DNA of 64,000 nucleotides from Myxococcota bacterium (GTDB lineage Bacteria > Myxococcota_A > UBA796 > UBA2385), in contig JBIJDH010000015.1 of assembly GCA_044344255.1 (NCBI GenBank), positions 96,001 to 160,000 of the forward strand, in the 5' to 3' direction. The notes below the pieces were generated by a model. That model was given only the letters and a program-made list of their open reading frames with translations, had not been told where the DNA came from and made no database searches. Made by a program: the position numbers and the translations under genes. This document shows, piece by piece, positions 37,336 through 64,000 of this stretch (positions within the stretch are counted from its first letter, which is position 1; the number at the start of each line of letters is the position of its first letter).

Positions 37336-38178
37336 TCAGGGCTCCCAGGGGAAGCGCCCCTCGGTCACGTAGCGGCGGATGTCCTGCCGGACCTTCGGGT
37401 CGCTGAACATCGCTCGGTTTGCGGCGAGGGCGGCCTCGCGGTCGGCCTCCGGCGAGCCGTGGAGGCCGGCGCGGAAGGACTTGTAGCGGCGGAGGCCGGC
37501 GCGGCTCAAGCGGCGGAGGCTGACGAGCTGCCGGCGGAGGGCGAGCTCGACGTTGTCCTCGACGGCGTCGAGGAGAGACCACTGCAGCGCCTCGGCGGCG
37601 GAGATGGGCCGGGTGCTGAGCGTGAGGCGGTGGGCACGCTGCGCCCCGACCCGCCGGGAGAGGAAGGGATAGACACAGGCCGGCAGGAGGCCGAAGAGGA
37701 GCTCGGACAGGCTGAGCTCGGCGCTGGGGTCGGCGAGGGCGAGGTCCGCGGCGGCGACGAAGCCCACACCGCCTGCGTTCACGCGGCCCTGCACGACGCA
37801 CAGATAGACGAAGGGCCCCGTCGAGAGGCGGAGCCAGAGGTCATAGAGGGGGGCGGGATCGGCGATGGACGGCCCGCCGCTGTGGTGGCCCCCGGCGCTG
37901 TCGGTGTCGGTGTCGGTGTCTGGATCGGTGAGGCCCGCCTCGACCATCGCCTCGAGGTCACCGCCCGTGCAGAAGGCGGTGGGCTGGCCGCGCAGCACGA
38001 GCACGGTGATCGGCGTCTCCCGGCCTTCGTCCTCGCAGAGGGAGACCACCTCGCTTAGCTCGCGGATGAGCGCGCCGTTGATCGTGTTGCCCGCCGCCGG
38101 GCGGTTCATCGTCACCGTGCAGATGCTGCCGGAGAGGCTGACCAGGAGCGTCTCATAGACGCGGGGGACGGGGTCCAT
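37336..38178 (-). CDS. Enoyl-CoA hydratase, beta-branching ECH1 (PksH-like)
   Basis: FCTGGD, AGGVGFVAAAD, SELLFGLLPA, C-terminal G.FPWE. Confidence 0.9.
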   Translation of the reverse strand: MDPVPRVYETLLVSLSGSICTVTMNRPAAGNTINGALIRELSEVVSLCEDEGRETPITVLVLRGQPTAFCTGGDLEAMVEAGLTDPDTDTDTDSAGGHHSGGPSIADPAPLYDLWLRLSTGPFVYLCVVQGRVNAGGVGFVAAADLALADPSAELSLSELLFGLLPACVYPFLSRRVGAQRAHRLTLSTRPISAAEALQWSLLDAVEDNVELALRRQLVSLRRLSRAGLRRYKSFRAGLHGSPEADREAALAANRAMFSDPKVRQDIRRYVTEGRFPWEP

Positions 38179-39412
38179 CGGCGGCCTCCACGACGAGGGC
38201 GAGGTTGACTCCTCCGAAGCCCATCGAGAGCTTGAGGGCCCTCCGCGGCGGGCTCGCCGGGGCCGCGCCCTGGGCCCAGCGGAGCTCGGGGCGGGTGGGG
38301 TGGTCGAGGTTGCGGGTGCCGTGTAAGCGCCCGGCCTCGAGCTGGAGGAGGAGGGCGGCGAGCTCGACCGCCCCCGCCGCCGAGAGGCCGTGGCCGATGA
38401 TCGACTTCGGGGCGTTGAGCTCGGCCCCCTCGAGGCCCGCGGCCCGCAGCGTCGCGAGCTCGGTGTCATCGCCGAGGGGGGAGCCCGTGCCGTGGGTGCT
38501 GATGGCGTCGATGTCCTCGGGGCGGAGGCCCGCGGCCGCGAGCGCGCCCCGCACCGCGCGGAGCTCGCCTTCGACGGAGGGGCTGGGGCCGCGGCTGGCG
38601 TCGGCGGTCTGGGCCCAGCCGAGGAGGCGCCCGTAGTCCGGGCCGCCCGGGCGTGGGAGGGGGGTGTCTCCCCGGCTGAGCACGATCGCGGCCGACATCT
38701 CGCCGTAGACGAAACCCCCGCGGTCGCGGTCGAAGGGGCGGGCGGCCTGGCCGGGCCGCTCCCAGGCCCCTTGGCTGGCCATCGCGCCCATCGCGCTGAA
38801 GGCTTGGAGCTCGTGGCGCGAGAGGTCTTGCAGGGCGCCGATGGCGATGCAGACGTCGACCTGCCCGGCTTGAAGGGCCTGCGCGGCCAGGGCCACCGCG
38901 AGGGCGCCGCTGGCCGAGGCGCCGCCCACCGTGTAGGCGAAGCCGCGGACACCGAAGGCGGCGCTGCAGAGGCCACAGAGGTCGGTGTCGAGGAAGCTGA
39001 GGCCGTATTGGGGGCGGAGGAAGGACAGGCTCTCCTGCGCGCCCTCCCGCATCTCGGCGAGGTGGCGGGTCTGGGTGTTGCTGCCGCCGATGATGAGGCC
39101 GATGCGCTCGGGATCGACGGCGTCGAGGCCGGCTTCGGTCCAGGCCTCGTCGAGCACGGTGACGGCGAGCTGCCCGCTGAGGCTGGTGGTGCGCAGGATC
39201 CGCGAGGGCAGGCGGTGCGGGAGGGCGGGCGGCGGCGGGAGCTCGACCCCGATGAAGGGCGGCGCGCCCGCGGCGGCCTCCCGCCCGGGGCGGCGGAGGA
39301 GGCCAAAGACGTCTCGCCCCTGCTCGAGGCCCTCGCGCAGCGCCGCCTTGCCGTAGCCGAGGCCGGTGGCCACGCCGAGGCCGATCACCCGGGGGGCGGT
39401 AAAGCGGGCCAC
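38153..39412 (-). CDS. Decarboxylating stand-alone ketosynthase (PksF-like, Cys->Ser)
   Basis: VGGASASG active site (Ser), HGTGS, KSIIGH, SMGFGG. Confidence 0.9.
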   Translation of the reverse strand: MARFTAPRVIGLGVATGLGYGKAALREGLEQGRDVFGLLRRPGREAAAGAPPFIGVELPPPPALPHRLPSRILRTTSLSGQLAVTVLDEAWTEAGLDAVDPERIGLIIGGSNTQTRHLAEMREGAQESLSFLRPQYGLSFLDTDLCGLCSAAFGVRGFAYTVGGASASGALAVALAAQALQAGQVDVCIAIGALQDLSRHELQAFSAMGAMASQGAWERPGQAARPFDRDRGGFVYGEMSAAIVLSRGDTPLPRPGGPDYGRLLGWAQTADASRGPSPSVEGELRAVRGALAAAGLRPEDIDAISTHGTGSPLGDDTELATLRAAGLEGAELNAPKSIIGHGLSAAGAVELAALLLQLEAGRLHGTRNLDHPTRPELRWAQGAAPASPPRRALKLSMGFGGVNLALVVEAADGPRPPRL

Positions 39413-39419
39413 CGGCGCC

Positions 39420-39701
39420 TCAGGCGCCCCGTTGGAGCGTGCTGGCGAGGACCATACTGGCGCTGACCTTGATCGCGATGAGGTCTGCGAGCTCACCGAG
39501 GTTCTGTGGACCGTACATCTGGACGATGGGGATGTTGAGCCCGACGGCCTCGAGGGTCATGACCACGATCTCGGTGCGCTCCAGCGACCCGACGCCGAGC
39601 TCCTTCAGCTGGTCTGCGCGTTGAAAGGGGTGCCCGTCGAGCTCTGGCACGACCTCGCGCACGTTCGAGAGGATAATCTGAAAGACCGCGTCCGAATTCA
39701 T
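39420..39701 (-). CDS. Beta-branching donor ACP (AcpK-like)
   Basis: LKELGVGSLERTEI; lies between HMGS and KS. Confidence 0.85.
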   Translation of the reverse strand: MNSDAVFQIILSNVREVVPELDGHPFQRADQLKELGVGSLERTEIVVMTLEAVGLNIPIVQMYGPQNLGELADLIAIKVSASMVLASTLQRGA

Positions 39702-39713
39702 GGGGCTCGTCGG

Positions 39714-39757
39714 GGGACTGGAGGGACTGGAGGGACTGGAGGGACTGGAGGGACTGG
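39714..39757 (+). repeat. 9-bp tandem repeat (GGGACTGGA) x~5 between HMGS and ACP
   Basis: Seen directly. Confidence 0.9.
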
Positions 39758-39784
39758 GCGGACCCAGCGGTGCACGGCGGGTGT

Positions 39785-41038
39785 TCACGCCCACTCGTAT
39801 TTGCGGTGGTATCCGTCCATTCGACGGAGGGCCAGCCGGCCCCCGCCTTGGTAGCGCGCCCAGGCGTTGGGGAGGATGTCGTGGTTGGGGGTCGCGTCCC
39901 GCGTGCCGAAGCGCACCACCTCTTCGCCCTTGAGCAGCAGCTCGTACTCTTCGATCGACAAGCGATAGCGGGCGTCGAGGCCGGCGCTGAGGTTCATCGC
40001 CCGCAGGCGGGCCTGTCCGTCGGGGGTGATGACGCCGCTGAAGAACTCCGAGCAGCAGCCCGAGCCATAGGAGAAGAGGCCCACCCGCTCGGGTCGGGTG
40101 AGCGGCGCCCCATCGAGGATGCCGGCCAGCGCGACCATCATCGAGGCCCCGGCGGTGTTTCCGACGCGGGCCCCGAAGCGGAGGCTCGGCTCCATGCGGC
40201 GCACGAAGTCAGCCTCGATCTCGTCCGCGCCGGACCGATAGAGCCGCCGCAGGAGGTGCCGATGGGCCCCCTTCACCATGCCGCCAAAGGGGGTGTGAAA
40301 GGCGAGGTAGCGGAAGCTCTGTCGAAAATCGGCCGCCTCTACGCGGCGGGCGTAGTCAGCCCAGGCCTTCACGCAGCAGTCGAGGTAGGCCATCAGGGAC
40401 AGATCGGAGTCCCCGGCTTCATTGTCGGGGCCCGGCCGACAGGTGTCCATCACCTCGAAGGCGTGCACTCCATAGGCCCCCGGATCGATCCGAAGGATCT
40501 TCGGGTCGGCGCTGACGAGCATGGCGAGGGCGCCCGAGCCCGAGCTCGGCTCCGAGTAGGCCCACTCCTGGATCTCCCGCTGGTCCGCGAGCGCGAAGCG
40601 GGCGATGTCGGTGGCGATCACCAGGGCCCGCGCGCCGGGGGCGGTGCCGGACAGGATGAAGTTCACCGCCATCTGCAGGCCCACCGCGCCCGAGTAGCAG
40701 GCCTGCTTCACCTCGAACAAACGGCAGTTGGGGGCCAGCTTGAGCTGGTCGTGGACATAGGTGCTGATCGACTTGCCGAAGTCGATGCCCGACTCCGTGC
40801 AGGTGATGAGCATCTGGATCGAGGCCCGCGCCTCGGGGTCGAGCGCGTCGATGAGGGGCTTCGCCGCGTTGACCGCGAAGGTGACGGGGTCCTCGTAGGG
40901 GAGGGCGACCGTCTTCTCCACCATCAGCAGCTTGTCGAAGCGGTCGGGGTCGAGCCGCCGGTGGCGGGCGAGCTCGCGCACGTCGATACAGGCGGCCCCG
41001 CCGTAGAGGTTCATCGCCTCGACGCCTGCGTCGGTCAT
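39785..41038 (-). CDS. HMG-CoA-synthase-like beta-branching enzyme (PksG-like)
   Basis: TESGIDFGKS, EVKQACYSG, FHTPFGGMVKGAHR, SYGSGCCSEFFSG. Confidence 0.95.
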   Translation of the reverse strand: MTDAGVEAMNLYGGAACIDVRELARHRRLDPDRFDKLLMVEKTVALPYEDPVTFAVNAAKPLIDALDPEARASIQMLITCTESGIDFGKSISTYVHDQLKLAPNCRLFEVKQACYSGAVGLQMAVNFILSGTAPGARALVIATDIARFALADQREIQEWAYSEPSSGSGALAMLVSADPKILRIDPGAYGVHAFEVMDTCRPGPDNEAGDSDLSLMAYLDCCVKAWADYARRVEAADFRQSFRYLAFHTPFGGMVKGAHRHLLRRLYRSGADEIEADFVRRMEPSLRFGARVGNTAGASMMVALAGILDGAPLTRPERVGLFSYGSGCCSEFFSGVITPDGQARLRAMNLSAGLDARYRLSIEEYELLLKGEEVVRFGTRDATPNHDILPNAWARYQGGGRLALRRMDGYHRKYEWA

Positions 41039-42300
41039 CGGGCACCCCCGGGGGCGCCGGCCGCGGAGACCCGGATCGGGAGCGACGCGAGGCCGCGGGC
41101 GTTCATCCGGTCGAGGCGCCAGGCGTGGGGGCCGGCGAGCTCCAGCTGGGCATACCGGTCGAGCAGGCGGTCGAAGGCGATCTGGGTCTCCAGGCGGGCC
41201 ATCGGGGCGCCGACGCAGACGTGGCCGCCGCCGCCGAACGTGAAGTGGGGGTTCTGGGCGCGGCCGACGTCGAAGGTGTCGGGGGCGTCGAAGGCGCCCG
41301 GGTCGCGGTTGATGGCGCCGATGAGGCCGATGACGGCGCTGCCTGCGGGGATGAGGGCCTCCCCGATCTCGACGTCCTCGATCGAGACGCGCAGGATCAT
41401 GTTGCCGCCCGGCTCGTAGCGCATCATCTCCTCGATGGCCGGCCGGATGAGGGCGCGGTCGGCGCGCAGGCGGCGGAGCTGGTCGGGGTGCTGCAGCAGG
41501 CAGAGGAGGCCGTTGCCGAGCAAGGTCACGGTGGTCTCGTGGCCGGCGATCAGCATCGAGACAAGGTTGGTGAGGGTCTCGGGCTCGTCGAGCACCCCCG
41601 TGTCCCAGGCCTCGAGGACGAGGCTGATCATGCCCTCCCCGCGGGCGGGGCGGGCGCGGGCGAGGTGGCCGCGGAGGTAGTCCTTGAACTCGAGCAGGGC
41701 GTCGTAGGCCTCCTGCTTCTGGGGGGCCGACATCATCACGTCGCCGACCTTGATGATCGCGGCGCTCCATGCGGCCATCTGCTCGTCCATCGACGGGGGC
41801 ATCTCGAAGAGGTTGCACAGCACCCGCAGCGGCATCGGCGAGGCGTAGGCCGCCATGAAGTCGAGCTCGCCCTCGGCGGGCATCATGTCGAGCAGCCGGT
41901 CGCTCTCCGCCCGGAACATCTCCGCCATCGCGCCGACGGCCCCCGCCGTGAAGGCCCGGGCGTAGACGGCGCGCATCCGCCGGTGATCGGGTGGGTTCGA
42001 ATTGATCATCTGCGGCTGGAAGTCGGTGAAGAGGCGGTAGGCCAGCGGATCGGCGGCCGCGCGGGCAGGGCTCGACCAACCATCCTTCCACAGCCGCGTG
42101 TCGCGACCGAGCTTGGGGGAGCGCACCACCTCGGCGAACTCCGCGTGACCGAGGATGAACCAGACCCCGGTGGCGGGGTCCTGCTGGACGGCGCCCTGGC
42201 CGCGGAGGGCGGCGAGGGTGGGGTAGGGGTCGAGGATGTAGGCGGGATCGGCGAAGGTGGACCACCACTCGAAGGCGGCCGGGGCGAGGAGGGGGTGCAT
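41035..42300 (-). CDS. Cytochrome P450
   Basis: AGHETT, EMMR (ExxR), FGGGGHVCVG heme motif. Confidence 0.95.
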   Translation of the reverse strand: MHPLLAPAAFEWWSTFADPAYILDPYPTLAALRGQGAVQQDPATGVWFILGHAEFAEVVRSPKLGRDTRLWKDGWSSPARAAADPLAYRLFTDFQPQMINSNPPDHRRMRAVYARAFTAGAVGAMAEMFRAESDRLLDMMPAEGELDFMAAYASPMPLRVLCNLFEMPPSMDEQMAAWSAAIIKVGDVMMSAPQKQEAYDALLEFKDYLRGHLARARPARGEGMISLVLEAWDTGVLDEPETLTNLVSMLIAGHETTVTLLGNGLLCLLQHPDQLRRLRADRALIRPAIEEMMRYEPGGNMILRVSIEDVEIGEALIPAGSAVIGLIGAINRDPGAFDAPDTFDVGRAQNPHFTFGGGGHVCVGAPMARLETQIAFDRLLDRYAQLELAGPHAWRLDRMNARGLASLPIRVSAAGAPGGAR

Positions 42301-62996
<20,696 letters not shown>

Positions 62997-63000
<4 letters not shown>

Positions 63001-64000
63001 CCGGTCCGCTCCAACATGTCGCGGTAGCGCCGCATCGCCGACAGCAGCTTCCAGAGGTCGGCCTCGAAGCGGTGACGGTGGGAGTCTACGAAGTAGCCCT
63101 GGCCGATGTCGGGCCGGTCGACCTGCTTGGCGGTGAGGAAGTCGGCGAGGCCGCGCCCGCGGCGGGCGAGGGCCCGGGCGTAGCTGCGCACGAAGCTCCC
63201 CTGGGTGGTGAGGCCGTCGCCGAGGCCGCCGGCCGCGTTGATGAAGCCCATGAACAGCAGGTTGTCGTGGTTGCGCGGCGTGGAGTGCAGGAAGAGGTCG
63301 GGGAGGCCGGCGTCCCACTCGAGCAGGTCGCGGTCGAGGAAGGAGAGGTCTCGGTCGTAGCCGGTGGCGTAGAGCAGGGTGTCGATCTCCGCCGCGGTGC
63401 CGTCCAAGAAGCGGACCGTCCGGCCCTCGAAGGAGGCGACGTCGCCCTTGGGGGTGATGGCGCCGTGGCCGATGTAGTAGAGGATCTGGGAGTTCATCAC
63501 CGGGTGGGCGGCGTCGAGGGGGTAGGTCGGGGCCGGCAGGCCGTAGTCCACCCCATCGAAGCCCGCGAGCTTGTAGACCTCCTCGATGTAAGCGAGGGTC
63601 TCCTCCTTGGTGGCGAACTTGTTTCCGAGCTCCATCAGCCACTGGGGGGTGGGCTTGCCGTCGATGAATTTCGGCTGGTAGTAGTAGCCGCGCCGCGTGC
63701 TGTGGAGGACCGAGCGGGCGTGGTGCACCGCCTCAGCGGCGAGGTCGCAGCCCGAGTTTCCGCCCCCGACCACGAGCACCCGCCGGTCTGCGAGCTGGCT
63801 CCGGTGTTTGTACTCGCTCGAGTGGAGGGTCTCGCCGGTGAACTCGCCGGGGTAGGCGGGGTCGGGGTACCGCGGCCGGCGCTGGAGCCCGCTGCAGACC
63901 ACGGCGAGGTCGAAGCGCCCGCCGTCGCGGCCGCCCTCCAGCTCTACCCGCCAGCCCCCCGCCTCTGGGCGGAGGCTCCGCACCGCCGCCCCGAGGCGGG
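62997..64000 (-). CDS. Flavin-containing monooxygenase (FMO/Baeyer-Villiger type; 5' end outside window)
   Basis: FTGETLHSSEYK (FxGxxxHxxxY), GGGNSGCD, ATGY. Confidence 0.9.

Noticed and set aside
63001..63642. N-terminal extension of the 7113-aa ORF
   Set aside because: It is an off-frame overlap with the FMO gene and Arg/Pro-rich nonsense; the real start is ATG 63000.

Overview
Very GC-rich bacterial DNA. The MopE-type/FG-GAP lipoprotein and Ser/Thr kinase suggest a myxobacterium-like host (inference). About 15.4-64 kb is part of a trans-AT PKS/NRPS cluster that continues past the right edge. It contains a flavin monooxygenase, a ~6,900-aa AT-less PKS-NRPS (5 KS, the last non-elongating, then a predicted Arg-activating NRPS module and TE), a P450, a beta-branching cassette (HMGS/ACP/KS/ECH), a stand-alone ACP plus AsnB-type amidotransferase (glutarimide-starter signature), a trans-AT-ER, a free TE, two cyclic-peptide ABC exporters, and SPFH and DUF697 proteins. 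This looks like a sesbanimide/pederin-type architecture. The most unexpected signal is two separate integrase-free 5-7 kb insertions of defence-like genes. One carries a PARIS-like ATPase + TOPRIM pair. The other carries a RelE-SF1 helicase fusion, a coiled-coil partner and DISARM relics. Each begins right after a host gene's stop codon and ends with a diverged second copy of that gene's last 13-15 codons. The rest (5.8-15.4 kb) is housekeeping or accessory genes. No rRNA, tRNA, CRISPR array, integrase or transposase was seen. All calls come from reading motifs by eye; no database searches were run.
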